This document shows positions 45,144 to 54,739 of a DNA stretch of 59,994 bases, one piece after another. The translations under genes were made by a program, and so were the position numbers. The DNA comes from a virus: the IMG/VR virus record IMGVR_UViG_3300029616_000006; one strand, given 5' to 3'. The notes under the pieces were generated by a model, which was not told where the DNA came from, made no database searches, and worked only from the letters and a program-made list of their open reading frames with translations. How positions within the stretch are numbered: the first letter of the stretch is position 1; every line of letters begins with the position of its first letter.

Positions 45144-46247
45144 ATGAAAATAAAAACAAGTGTTTTTAGAGATATGCTTAATAAAGCGGTAAAGATTTGT
45201 ACATTCGATAAAATGTTGCCATTAACAAGTTTAATTGAAATTGAATTCGATGAAAAAGGTATTTCAATGAAAACTACAGATAATGTAACAACAATGATTA
45301 TTAGAGAGAATGTTGAAGGCTTAACTCCAGCAAGAGTTGTTGTTGATGCAGCAATTATAACAGCATTAGTAAATAAAATTACAACTGAAGATATTGAGTT
45401 AACAATTTCTAATGCTTCACTTACTATTACTGGTAATGGAGTATATAATTTAGAGATAAGGGTAGATGAGAGTGGGGAAATAGTTAAGTTACCAGCTATT
45501 AACCAGGAGTTAGCAAATCAAGCTACTAAAGATTTTGATTTCCAAGGAATTGCGGAAAGATTAAATATTTGTAGCTCAGCAATAGCAACTGGAGAGGATG
45601 CTAAAGAATTAGGTAACTATTATCTAGGTGAAATGATTACAGCAACTGACCAATTAAAAGTTAGTTCAGTTAGTAATATTGAATCTATGAAGAATGATGA
45701 ATTATTTATTAGAGAGGAATTTGGTAGGCATTTAATTGGTTTAGGGTTTGCTAAGGCTAAGTATATTGTTTCAAACGAAACATTGATTATAGTCGGTGAA
45801 AACTTTGTATTAAGTACTACTATGATGCTAGATGAAAAAGAACAATTCGTTTCTAGAACATTACAAGGTGTTAAACAATTTCTAGCGTTTGTTTATAATA
45901 ATAGAGTAAAAATTAAGAAATCAATAATTATGGACCTACTTGATAGGGTTTCATTATTCGTTTCAGAATATGATGGTAAAACCATCAATTGTACATTCTT
46001 AAAAGATAATATTAAAGTAACTAACCGTAAAGGTACCTGTGATGAGGTAATTCCATACGAAGAAAAAGTATTAGATGATTCATTCGTAGAATTTAGTTCT
46101 TTATTAAATATTGAGTGGCTAAAATCATTATTGTCAGTATTACCAAGTGAAATAATTGAATTCCAATTTGGTAATAATGAGGTTGCAATAAGAATTGTTG
46201 ATGGTGATATTTCTCAAATAATTAGTTTATCAGACGTGGAAGAATAA
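45144..46247 (+). CDS. DNA polymerase sliding clamp (DnaN-like beta clamp)
   Basis: 367 aa; N-terminus FRDMLNKAVKIC...LPLTSLIEIEFDEKGISMKTTD follows the DnaN pattern. Confidence 0.7.
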   Translation: MKIKTSVFRDMLNKAVKICTFDKMLPLTSLIEIEFDEKGISMKTTDNVTTMIIRENVEGLTPARVVVDAAIITALVNKITTEDIELTISNASLTITGNGVYNLEIRVDESGEIVKLPAINQELANQATKDFDFQGIAERLNICSSAIATGEDAKELGNYYLGEMITATDQLKVSSVSNIESMKNDELFIREEFGRHLIGLGFAKAKYIVSNETLIIVGENFVLSTTMMLDEKEQFVSRTLQGVKQFLAFVYNNRVKIKKSIIMDLLDRVSLFVSEYDGKTINCTFLKDNIKVTNRKGTCDEVIPYEEKVLDDSFVEFSSLLNIEWLKSLLSVLPSEIIEFQFGNNEVAIRIVDGDISQIISLSDVEE

Positions 46248-46248
46248 G

Positions 46249-47088
46249 ATGGCGAGAGGATTATTTTCCGTCTCCAATCTTATAAAGGATAAGGAGGCAT
46301 CAAAAAACGTTGCCTCCTTGTTTCTTAAAAGAATTGAAGAGGCGATAGTAAAATTAGAACCAGATTACAAACCATCAATTTATTATAAACCATCAAGTCT
46401 AATTTGTATGAGGCAGATGTATTTTACTAGAAAAGGTGTTGAACCGGAAGATGAAAAGAAAACTGCCGCAGGAATTGGAATTTGTGAAAGCGGAACTGAT
46501 AGACATGAAAGAATACAAAGGGTTTTAGCTAAGATGAAAGAGTTAGGTATGGAGTTTGAATACATAGATGTAGAAACCTATGTTAAGGAACATAACCTAA
46601 CTGATATAGAAATAATTGAAAAGAAAGGAATGGAAACTAAATGCTTTAATAAGCGATATAATATTAGTTTCTTAACAGATGGTATAATTAAATATATACC
46701 AGATAATTCTTATTACATATTTGAGTACAAAACTGAGATATCAAATAAGTTTAGAAATAGGGAGCATGAAGAGATTACTCATAGAACTCAAGCGGCTTGC
46801 TATTCATTAAGTTTTCATATTGATGATACACTATTTGTTTATGAGAATAGAGATGTTTGTGAGAAGAAGGTATTTTTATATCATTCAGATTACAATGAAC
46901 AAAAAACTAAAGTAATTGATAAGATTAAAAAGTGTGAGGAACATTTAGCAAATAATACAGTACCACCAAAACTAACTAATAAAGATATAGACCCAAACTT
47001 TGTCGGAGGTAGAGATAGAGTAAGTGGTCCAAGTGCTAAGATATGTCAGTATTGTAAATATAAAAAGGAGTGTTCGAAATACTTATGA
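46249..47088 (+). CDS. Cas4/RecB-like PD-(D/E)xK exonuclease with a Cys cluster
   Basis: YIFEYKTE core; N-terminal C (LICMRQ) plus C-terminal CQYCKYKKEC, a 4-Cys arrangement. Confidence 0.6.
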   Translation: MARGLFSVSNLIKDKEASKNVASLFLKRIEEAIVKLEPDYKPSIYYKPSSLICMRQMYFTRKGVEPEDEKKTAAGIGICESGTDRHERIQRVLAKMKELGMEFEYIDVETYVKEHNLTDIEIIEKKGMETKCFNKRYNISFLTDGIIKYIPDNSYYIFEYKTEISNKFRNREHEEITHRTQAACYSLSFHIDDTLFVYENRDVCEKKVFLYHSDYNEQKTKVIDKIKKCEEHLANNTVPPKLTNKDIDPNFVGGRDRVSGPSAKICQYCKYKKECSKYL

Positions 47089-47243
47089 GTATAAAAGATT
47101 TTGTTAATTTATTGAGAAAGAATTTAGATAATTACTTACTTGAGAAAGAGGAGAGTAGTTTATCTAGAAGTCAAATATTAGAGGTAATAAGACAAACTAC
47201 TACTGAGGCAATTGATATAGAGGTAGCCAAAGAGGAGGAATAG
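47085..47243 (+). CDS. 52-aa hypothetical protein (below the track's size cutoff)
   Basis: ATGA overlap with the upstream stop; AAAAGGAG SD; fills an otherwise empty 157-nt gap. Confidence 0.5.
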   Translation: MSIKDFVNLLRKNLDNYLLEKEESSLSRSQILEVIRQTTTEAIDIEVAKEEE

Positions 47244-47245
47244 TT

Positions 47246-47608
47246 ATGATAAATAGCAAGAAGAAGGGGGCAGCAGGAGAAAGAGAATTTGCTAACTTTT
47301 GTAAGAATATGGGATTTGATGTAAGAAGAACTGCTCAGTATAATGGCAAGGAGTTAGATTCTAAAGCGGATGTTATTGGTATACCAGGAATGCATATAGA
47401 AGTAAAAAGAGTGGAACAATTGAATATACATAAAGCAATGGACCAAGCTATTAGAGATAGTGAAGGTCATAACGAGATACCAATAGTTGCCCACAGAAAG
47501 AATAATACCAAATGGCTAATAACTATGACAGCGGAAGATTGGTTTAGATTATGGTATGGTATAGAAAAGGAGGTAGACAAAGATGGGAAGTTTACACAAA
47601 AAGATTAG
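47246..47608 (+). CDS. Holliday-junction-resolvase-like PD-(D/E)xK endonuclease
   Basis: KKKGAAGEREF...ADVIGIPGMHIEVKR (D...E-x-K). Confidence 0.5.
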   Translation: MINSKKKGAAGEREFANFCKNMGFDVRRTAQYNGKELDSKADVIGIPGMHIEVKRVEQLNIHKAMDQAIRDSEGHNEIPIVAHRKNNTKWLITMTAEDWFRLWYGIEKEVDKDGKFTQKD

Positions 47609-47825
47609 AGATAATAATGATAAGAAAGTTTTGAAAGAAATGTTTGGAAAAGAACCAAAACATAGATGTCCAGTTTGCCATAGATTTACATTATATAATC
47701 ATAAGGATACAAGATTGAATCCATATAAAGGTTGTGTAATGTGTTATTTAATCGCTGAGACGAGAAAGGAAAGAGCCGAGAATGAAAAAAGAGGAAATTC
47801 TAAACAAAACGATTCAAGAGAATAG
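47583..47825 (+). CDS. Zinc-ribbon hypothetical protein
   Basis: CPVC...C..C pairs; AAGGAGG SD. Confidence 0.55.
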   Translation: MGSLHKKIRDNNDKKVLKEMFGKEPKHRCPVCHRFTLYNHKDTRLNPYKGCVMCYLIAETRKERAENEKRGNSKQNDSRE

Positions 47826-48273
47826 CAAACTTATAGAAGATATAGTATTTGAAATAACTAGACAATATACTAAACCGTTAGATGATATTATGGTTATATG
47901 TAGGCAAATATTTACGAGTGGAGATAAGGTAACTGATGAGGAATTGGAAGATTTACTTACACAGTTACCTTCTGTTTTATATTTCGTAAATGAGGGTCAA
48001 GAGTTTGTCGGATTAAAAGAAGATGTGGCAAAGATGACTAAAACTACCAATTATAATATCGCTAGAGAAAAGGCAACAGGTACGGTTGCAGATAAGAATA
48101 CAACTGCTGAGCTTGCAGTAATGAATGAGGAGATAAATCGTATAATATATCAAAGGTCATATAAGATGATTAGAAGTAAAGTTGAAATGGGTCAGGAGAT
48201 GATTAACAGCTTAAAAAGAGTCTTTGATGCCAGAATGAGTGACCGAGATTTATCGAAAGGAGTTAGAAGATGA
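47782..48273 (+). CDS. Hypothetical protein (possible recombination mediator, by position only)
   Basis: 163 aa helical protein upstream of the RecA-like gene. Confidence 0.55.
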   Translation: MKKEEILNKTIQENSKLIEDIVFEITRQYTKPLDDIMVICRQIFTSGDKVTDEELEDLLTQLPSVLYFVNEGQEFVGLKEDVAKMTKTTNYNIAREKATGTVADKNTTAELAVMNEEINRIIYQRSYKMIRSKVEMGQEMINSLKRVFDARMSDRDLSKGVRR

Positions 48274-48518
48274 CGATAAGTGGTTATAAGGAACTGATTA
48301 CCGGTATGAATGTTCAAAATGAGAATTTCTATGTTATTAGAAACAAGGAGAATTATATGTTCGTAGATGAACGTGGAAATGAAACTATGGATATATTGGA
48401 TGCCGAATGGTATAGAAGTTATAGGGGTGCTAAAAATAATTTACAGAACTTTGATGAACCAGAGTTATTTGATATAATCTTAATTAGTTGTTTAATTAGA
48501 TTAGAGGAGATTATGTAA
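48270..48518 (+). CDS. Hypothetical protein
   Basis: AAAGGAG SD; packed in operon. Confidence 0.55.
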   Translation: MTISGYKELITGMNVQNENFYVIRNKENYMFVDERGNETMDILDAEWYRSYRGAKNNLQNFDEPELFDIILISCLIRLEEIM

Positions 48519-48520
48519 CT

Positions 48521-48757
48521 ATGACGGAAATAGAACATAGTAATAAAATTGCTGAGTTGGAATCCATATACTTAGGTAAATATCTAAGAGATGGTAATGA
48601 ATTTGTAAAGATTAAAGCTGTATTAGTTGATTACAGAGATAATTATCAATATATGAATAGAGTTTCAGATGAGTATGGTAACATACATTTCATTGATGAT
48701 ATAAAGGAGGTATTTACATATGAGCAAACTAGACAATTTGATAAAACAAATCAATAA
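48521..48757 (+). CDS. Hypothetical protein
   Basis: GAGGAG SD; packed in operon. Confidence 0.55.
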   Translation: MTEIEHSNKIAELESIYLGKYLRDGNEFVKIKAVLVDYRDNYQYMNRVSDEYGNIHFIDDIKEVFTYEQTRQFDKTNQ

Positions 48758-49790
48758 GGATTACAAGGAAGAAATAGCTTTTAATGGTAATGATGCAGCA
48801 TTGATGAAGTATGAATTAGTTCCATTTAGTAGTCCAAGAATTAACTATATGATGTATGGTGGATTACCAATGGGGAGAATGATTGAGTTTGCTGGTGCCG
48901 AAAGAAGTGGTAAAACTACTACGGCATTAGATATGGCAAAGAATTGTCAGATTAAGTTTAGAAAAGAATTTGAGGAGAGTAAGGAACCAGATAAGGTATT
49001 GAGAAAAGTATGCTTTGTGGATGCCGAAAATACCTTCGATGTAGAATGGGCTACAAAGCTTGGCGTTAATGTGGAGGACTTAATACTAATCAAGCCTCAA
49101 GAGCAATATGCGGAACAAATATTTGATATTATGAAAGCAGTGGTTGAGACTGGAGAAGTTGGTTTAATAGTATTAGATTCAGTGGCACAATTGGTTAGTA
49201 AACAAGCATCAGAAGGAGATATGGAGCAAAAGACTTATGGTGGTATAGCAATGAGTTTAACAAAGTTCTGTAACATAGTGGTACCATTACTAGGTAAATA
49301 TAATTGTATGTGTATAATGATAAACCAAGTTAGAGAGGATTTAAGTAATCCATATAACCAATTCATTACTCCTGGTGGTAGAGGATTTAAACATAACTGT
49401 AGTGTTAGGTTAATGTTTCAACAAGGAGATTTCTTAGATGTTAATTATAAGAAATTAAATAGAGGTTGTGAAAATCCAGCAGGAAACCTAGTAAATGTCC
49501 GCATAGAAAAGAGTAAAGTATGTAGAAGTGATAGAAGATTAGGTTTCTATACTTTAAACTATTTACAAGGAATAGATTATATAAATGATATGATAGATGT
49601 ACTATTACAAATGGGATATATAATTCAAAATGGTAGTTACTTTACTTTATGTGATATAGAAACTGGTGAGATTCTTATGGATAATGATGGTAAGGAAATG
49701 AAGGTTCAAGGTAAAACTAATCTGTATAAGTTATTTAAAGAAGACCAAGAATTTTATGAGAATTATACAAAAAATATTTCGTATAATTAA
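48720..49790 (+). CDS. RecA/UvsX-like recombinase
   Basis: Walker A GAERSGKTT, Walker B LIVLDSVAQL; about 356 aa. Confidence 0.75.
   Translation: MSKLDNLIKQINKDYKEEIAFNGNDAALMKYELVPFSSPRINYMMYGGLPMGRMIEFAGAERSGKTTTALDMAKNCQIKFRKEFEESKEPDKVLRKVCFVDAENTFDVEWATKLGVNVEDLILIKPQEQYAEQIFDIMKAVVETGEVGLIVLDSVAQLVSKQASEGDMEQKTYGGIAMSLTKFCNIVVPLLGKYNCMCIMINQVREDLSNPYNQFITPGGRGFKHNCSVRLMFQQGDFLDVNYKKLNRGCENPAGNLVNVRIEKSKVCRSDRRLGFYTLNYLQGIDYINDMIDVLLQMGYIIQNGSYFTLCDIETGEILMDNDGKEMKVQGKTNLYKLFKEDQEFYENYTKNISYN
49780..49787 (+). promoter_or_regulatory. CGTATAAT promoter element (copy 6), inside the last codons of the recombinase gene
   Basis: AAAAATATTTCGTATAAT is identical over 18 nt to the copy at 57939-57956. 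Confidence 0.5.
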
Positions 49791-49808
49791 AATGAAAGGA
49801 TGGTGATT

Positions 49809-50144
49809 ATGAAACCTACTAGAAGTTATAGTAAAAAACAGGAAGATAGGGTTGCTAAAGCTCTAGGTGGTAAGGTTAATGCTAATAGTGGTGCAACAGG
49901 GTTCTATAAAGGAGATGTAAGAACCAAGTATTTATTAGTTGAATGTAAGACAGCAACAAAAGAAGTAAAATCAGTTTCCATAAAGAAAGAATGGTTAAAG
50001 AAGTTGAACGAAGAAAGATTTGCTATGGGTAAACAACATTCAGTACTTGCTTTTGATTATGGTGATGGGGAGGATTACTACATAATAGATAGAAAACTAA
50101 TGAATATGTTGTTAGATACATTGGAGGATTATTATGGAGAATAA
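49809..50144 (+). CDS. PD-(D/E)xK nuclease-like protein
   Basis: GDVRTKYLLVECKT (D...E-x-K); start 49809 preferred, 49800 possible. Confidence 0.4.
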   Translation: MKPTRSYSKKQEDRVAKALGGKVNANSGATGFYKGDVRTKYLLVECKTATKEVKSVSIKKEWLKKLNEERFAMGKQHSVLAFDYGDGEDYYIIDRKLMNMLLDTLEDYYGE

Positions 50145-50463
50145 AAGGGATATATGGTTAGAAGATTTATTATTAGAACCAAAACTTAGCGGAACAGAAA
50201 AGATTTGGAGAGATATTTATAGAATCTGTGATGAGTTTTATTTATTGCTAAGATTTCTAAAATATCCATTAACTTCCGAAAGACAGGAATATGTGATTAC
50301 AATCTATGGTTCAGATAAATTAGGTTGGAATAAAGTTTTAGTTGCTGTCAAAGGTATGGAAATAGATAAAGTATTAAAGGAAGTTAAGAAGTTTCTAGAA
50401 AATTATAAAGTAAATCATAAAGAGTATAATTTGAGGAAACCGGGAGGAGGAGAGCTGATATGA
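50134..50463 (+). CDS. Hypothetical protein
   Basis: GGAGG SD; packed in operon. Confidence 0.55.
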   Translation: MENKRDIWLEDLLLEPKLSGTEKIWRDIYRICDEFYLLLRFLKYPLTSERQEYVITIYGSDKLGWNKVLVAVKGMEIDKVLKEVKKFLENYKVNHKEYNLRKPGGGELI

Positions 50464-50984
50464 GAAATAAGTGGTTTGCAAGAAAAAGTGGTTTTATTAA
50501 AGATAGTAATAAGATATCTACAGAAAGTGCCTTACAATTTCTAAAAAAAGATATTATTAAAGATTTTTATAAGTTACCAGAGGTTCAAAAGATTATAATA
50601 AAGGCTATTATTTGGGAATATAAAGTTAATTCTATAAAGCCAGCTTCGGTTCCAGAAAAACTAAAGTTATTTGAAATTACTCCATCTTTGTTAGAGGAAT
50701 TCAAAATGGATTTTGGATACACCGAATTAGAAAGACTAAAAGGTGAGGCTACTCCATCTTATACAAACTGGTTAAGAAGAATTGGTCTTAGTTATGAAAG
50801 TGATAGAAAAATTGTTCAGAGAATTATTAGAGGTATTTATAGTTATACTGGTGGTCAACTAGATTACAGAAACGCCAGAATGAGAAAACAAATATCTTAT
50901 AAACAGCAACATACTAAAGAGAATGAAGATAAAATTAAAAAGCAATCCAGATTGTATAGAGAATTTAATAAACAGGAGGTATAA
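50460..50984 (+). CDS. Hypothetical protein
   Basis: GGGAGGAGGAG SD; 174 aa. Confidence 0.6.
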   Translation: MRNKWFARKSGFIKDSNKISTESALQFLKKDIIKDFYKLPEVQKIIIKAIIWEYKVNSIKPASVPEKLKLFEITPSLLEEFKMDFGYTELERLKGEATPSYTNWLRRIGLSYESDRKIVQRIIRGIYSYTGGQLDYRNARMRKQISYKQQHTKENEDKIKKQSRLYREFNKQEV

Positions 50985-50986
50985 CT

Positions 50987-52063
50987 ATGGCTATACCATT
51001 AGCGAATAAATATAGACCTAAAACTTTCGAAGATGTAAGTGAACAAGGTGCTATAAAAAAGATTATAGAGAATCAGATTAAAAACAATGATTTGAGAAAT
51101 GCTTATTTATTTTGTGGTGGTGCTGGAACGGGAAAAACTACATGTGCTAGAATAATTGCTAATATGATAAATGAAGGAAAAGGAAGTCCAATAGAATTGG
51201 ATGCAGCAAGTAATAATTCAGTTGAGGATGTAAGAAGAATTATTAGTGATAGTAAATATAAATCATTAGATAGTAAGTATAAGATTTATATAATTGATGA
51301 GTGCCATAGTTTATCAAATGCTGCTTGGCAAGCATTCCTAAAACTATTAGAGGAACCACCAAAACTAACAGTGTTTATGTTTTGTACAACAGACCCACAA
51401 AAGATTCCAAATACTATTCTAAGTAGAGTACAAAGATATAATTTTCAAAGAATTAGTAAACAAGGAATTATAAATAGGTTAAAGTATATCATTAGAGAAG
51501 AGAATACGGATATATGTATGGCTGAAGGTGGAAGTAGAGATGCCGTTGCTGATGATGAATGGGCTATAAGAGAAGGAATCCATATTATTACATACGAAGA
51601 AGAAGCATTGGATTATATTGCTAGACAAGCTAGAGGTGGTATGAGAGATGCTATTACTACTATGGATAAATGTTTACAGTATAGTAGGGAACTAACTTTG
51701 AATAATGTGGTTAATGTTTTATCAGCAGGGGTAACACCATATGATTTAAGTAATTTTACTTTATGCCTTTTAGAAAAGGATGTTAAAGGGGCATTAGATT
51801 ATTTGAATCAATTTTATATGAATGGTATTGATATGAACTTATTGGTAACCAATTACTTTGAATTCTTATTAAACCTTCAAAAGTATTTGGTTTTATCTAA
51901 TTCAGATGTATCTACATTGCCTCAAGATATATTATCACAATACAATGTAAACGATTCTAGTGCTATAAGAAATTATTTACAAAAACTATATAATGTAATA
52001 AATGCTTCAAAGATGGATACAAGGGCTTTAATGGAAGCGTGGGTGATGGAAAGATGTACTTAG
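50987..52063 (+). CDS. Clamp-loader ATPase (DnaX gamma/tau-like)
   Basis: KYRPKTFEDV, GGAGTGKTT, IIDECH, TILSRVQRY motifs. Confidence 0.85.
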   Translation: MAIPLANKYRPKTFEDVSEQGAIKKIIENQIKNNDLRNAYLFCGGAGTGKTTCARIIANMINEGKGSPIELDAASNNSVEDVRRIISDSKYKSLDSKYKIYIIDECHSLSNAAWQAFLKLLEEPPKLTVFMFCTTDPQKIPNTILSRVQRYNFQRISKQGIINRLKYIIREENTDICMAEGGSRDAVADDEWAIREGIHIITYEEEALDYIARQARGGMRDAITTMDKCLQYSRELTLNNVVNVLSAGVTPYDLSNFTLCLLEKDVKGALDYLNQFYMNGIDMNLLVTNYFEFLLNLQKYLVLSNSDVSTLPQDILSQYNVNDSSAIRNYLQKLYNVINASKMDTRALMEAWVMERCT

Positions 52064-52839
52064 TTGGTCAAAACCATAATAAGGAACTAATAGATAATGG
52101 TAAGTTAGATAATGCTAACTTTATTATTATTAGAGGTCCAAGAAATTATGGAAAAACCTATCTTGCTATGTACATTGCTAATCATTATAGTATGGATTAT
52201 ATAAACTTGGATTATAAGGTAGATACTATTAGACAATTAGTTAGTTCCAGCAGAAATAACAACAATTGTTTATATCATTTTAGTGATTTTGATAAGTCTT
52301 CACCGGCGGCGAAGGCAGCCTTGCTAAAGATAGCAGAAGAAACTCCGAAGGGGATAAAAATAGTAATTAGTACCTCAGCGGCAAATATATTAGATACTTT
52401 ATTGAGTAGAGGTTATGTAATAAACATGGAACCATATAGTAATGAGGATATCTGTGAGTATGGTAATATGCTGGATTTAGATAATCAGTTAGTTGATAAG
52501 TTAATAAATGGTTTACGATTTCTATCACCAACCATTTTGAAGAAGGCATCGGAAGTTGAAGGGTTGGAAGAAATTGTAGATTTAGCTTATGAAACAATTG
52601 AGTGTATTAACAAAGGATTACAATTAGAAGATGTATCCAGAATCTCCTCCAAGTTTTGGAAAGATGATAAAGAATTGGTATTATTATTCTTAGACATAGT
52701 TGAAGATAATGTTTGTAATTTAGGAAATAAATGGTTTAAGTGTTCCAGTTTAATTGAAACAGCAAAGTTTACAGTTGAAAGATATAGTTTAAGTAATTAT
52801 AGAAATCTAGTTCATAATATGTTAATGGAGATGGTATAA
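52054..52839 (+). CDS. Clamp-loader subunit (delta-prime-like)
   Basis: RGPRNYGKTY P-loop-like, TLLSRGYV SRC-like motif; start uncertain (52039 GTG or 52054 ATG). Confidence 0.5.
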   Translation: MYLVGQNHNKELIDNGKLDNANFIIIRGPRNYGKTYLAMYIANHYSMDYINLDYKVDTIRQLVSSSRNNNNCLYHFSDFDKSSPAAKAALLKIAEETPKGIKIVISTSAANILDTLLSRGYVINMEPYSNEDICEYGNMLDLDNQLVDKLINGLRFLSPTILKKASEVEGLEEIVDLAYETIECINKGLQLEDVSRISSKFWKDDKELVLLFLDIVEDNVCNLGNKWFKCSSLIETAKFTVERYSLSNYRNLVHNMLMEMV

Positions 52840-53777
52840 TGAGGTCGTTAATTGATTTAAAATCGGAATTACTACGTGGAGAATTACATGAGTTATATGT
52901 ATTCACCGGTGAGGAGAATTTAATTAGAAGAATATATTATGAAAAAATCGGTGAAATATACGGTAATTTAACGGTTTTGGATTCTGTTAGTACTTTATAT
53001 ACCGAACTAGGAAAAAAGCCATTATTCCCGAGAAAAACAGCATATATCGTATATAACGATTTGGATTATTTAAAAGAAAAGGAAAAAGTACTGCAAAGAC
53101 TTATAAAACTTGCAAAGAAACACGTCGTAATATTGGTGTATGAAGAGATACCAGAAAAGAGTGTTTTTAGAAGAGTATTTGAAGATTATATTACAGTATT
53201 TAATAAAGTATCAGATGATATTGCAGTCAAATATGTAAATAAAGAAGCAAATGGTAAGTTGATAGATAGATTATTCGCCCAAAGAATAGCGTTTAATTGC
53301 TATAATTCGTATAATAATATTGTAGAGGAAATGAATAAGTATAAATGGTATAAGGAGGATAACAGTGATGATACCATAGATGCTTTAACTTATGCTACAC
53401 TATTTACGGATAGGAAAGTAATACCAACACCAAAAGAATTTGCTAATGCTTTTCTTAAAAGAGATGCTCAGTTATTAGGGAATTACATAAAGGTATTAAA
53501 AGAGGAAAATATACTTGGTTATTTACCTGAATTATATAACACTATAGTAATTGCCTTATACATTAAACTATATGGTAAATGGGATGGTGGAACAAGGGCA
53601 TATAACGGTGGTGAATACTGGGGTAGAATTAAAGAGATTAGAGATTTCCGAATAAGTTATAGCAAAAACGATTTATTAGATATCCGATATGATTTATACC
53701 AATTAGACTTAGATGTAAGGAGAGGTAGAATGAGAGCAGATTTGGCTTGGGATTGGTTAATAGGGGTGATATTATAA
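52839..53777 (+). CDS. Clamp-loader subunit (delta/HolA-like)
   Basis: N-terminus ELHELYVFTGEENLIRR resembles HolA; third gene of the loader set. Confidence 0.45.
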   Translation: MRSLIDLKSELLRGELHELYVFTGEENLIRRIYYEKIGEIYGNLTVLDSVSTLYTELGKKPLFPRKTAYIVYNDLDYLKEKEKVLQRLIKLAKKHVVILVYEEIPEKSVFRRVFEDYITVFNKVSDDIAVKYVNKEANGKLIDRLFAQRIAFNCYNSYNNIVEEMNKYKWYKEDNSDDTIDALTYATLFTDRKVIPTPKEFANAFLKRDAQLLGNYIKVLKEENILGYLPELYNTIVIALYIKLYGKWDGGTRAYNGGEYWGRIKEIRDFRISYSKNDLLDIRYDLYQLDLDVRRGRMRADLAWDWLIGVIL

Positions 53778-53941
53778 TGGAAATTGTAAAGACTTATCAA
53801 TTCAAAAAGGAAGAATGTTGTAAACGCTGTGGAAGAAAATTAAAGAAAAATGATTCTAAGTTATTAGGATATGGTCCAAGTTGTTATAAAAAGGTATTAA
53901 AGGAACAGCTATGTAAAGTTAAAGAAAGGAGGTTATTTTAA
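53777..53941 (+). CDS. Small zinc-finger protein
   Basis: ATG 53777 overlaps the upstream TAA; CCKRCG...CYKK. Confidence 0.5.
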   Translation: MEIVKTYQFKKEECCKRCGRKLKKNDSKLLGYGPSCYKKVLKEQLCKVKERRLF

Positions 53942-54441
53942 TGGAGGAAGAGAAATTACCAGAGGAAGTCAAAAAACATTTAGACAGAAAGCTAACCGAT
54001 ATCCAGGAGAAGTTTTGTCAGTTAGTAGCACATGGTAATGAACCAATGGATGCCATGTTGGAGGTATACCCATCTAGGAAAACTTATGCAACAGGTAATA
54101 AAACTCAGTTACTAAAGAAGTTAATGAATAATCCAAGAATAGTTGCAAGGTTAAAGGAATTGTATTTAGAGATTAGAAATAACCAAGTTCTTGGAGATAT
54201 GTATGATTTTGATAAAGGTGTTCAATTATTAACAGATAACATTGAGATGGCAAAAAAGAATATTGAGCAAGATGGTGGACATTTAAGTTGGAATAACCAT
54301 CGTATAATATTAACATCAGTACAGGAATTAAATAGAATGTACGGATATAACATAGTTGATAGAAATGGTAATACCGGTGGTACCATGAATGTTACTTTTG
54401 TTAAAGTTGATAAAACCGAAGGAGATGTTAAAATTGGTTAG
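53941..54441 (+). CDS. Terminase small subunit-like (Terminase_2-type HTH) protein
   Basis: KLTDIQEKFCQLVAHGNEPMDAMLEVYPSRK...NPRIVARLKELY follows the LTxxQxxF...Y...NPxI pattern of P27-type TerS. Confidence 0.5.
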   Translation: MEEEKLPEEVKKHLDRKLTDIQEKFCQLVAHGNEPMDAMLEVYPSRKTYATGNKTQLLKKLMNNPRIVARLKELYLEIRNNQVLGDMYDFDKGVQLLTDNIEMAKKNIEQDGGHLSWNNHRIILTSVQELNRMYGYNIVDRNGNTGGTMNVTFVKVDKTEGDVKIG

Positions 54442-54739
54442 TCAAAAAAGATTTAAAACTCTAATAGAACAAATATTAGAAGTTAATGAATTAGCTAGGG
54501 ATAATGATTATATATTATACGGAGCTGTAATTAAAAGAATAAAAGGGGAACAGTTTATGAAAGATATTTCATTATATGATTTCCTTAGATTAGCTGCAGT
54601 GGATAAAACAATACCAAGTATAACAACAGCAACCAGATTCAGAAGTGATATTCAAAAAGTAAGGGAAGAATTGAGAGGGGAAACATACGATAGAAGAATG
54701 AAGCATAGTAAAGATTATAAGGAGTTGTTTAGAAAATGA
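54434..54739 (+). CDS. Hypothetical protein
   Basis: TTG 54434 sits 9 nt after GAAGGAG; ATG 54425 abuts the SD; start uncertain. Confidence 0.5.
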   Translation: MVSQKRFKTLIEQILEVNELARDNDYILYGAVIKRIKGEQFMKDISLYDFLRLAAVDKTIPSITTATRFRSDIQKVREELRGETYDRRMKHSKDYKELFRK

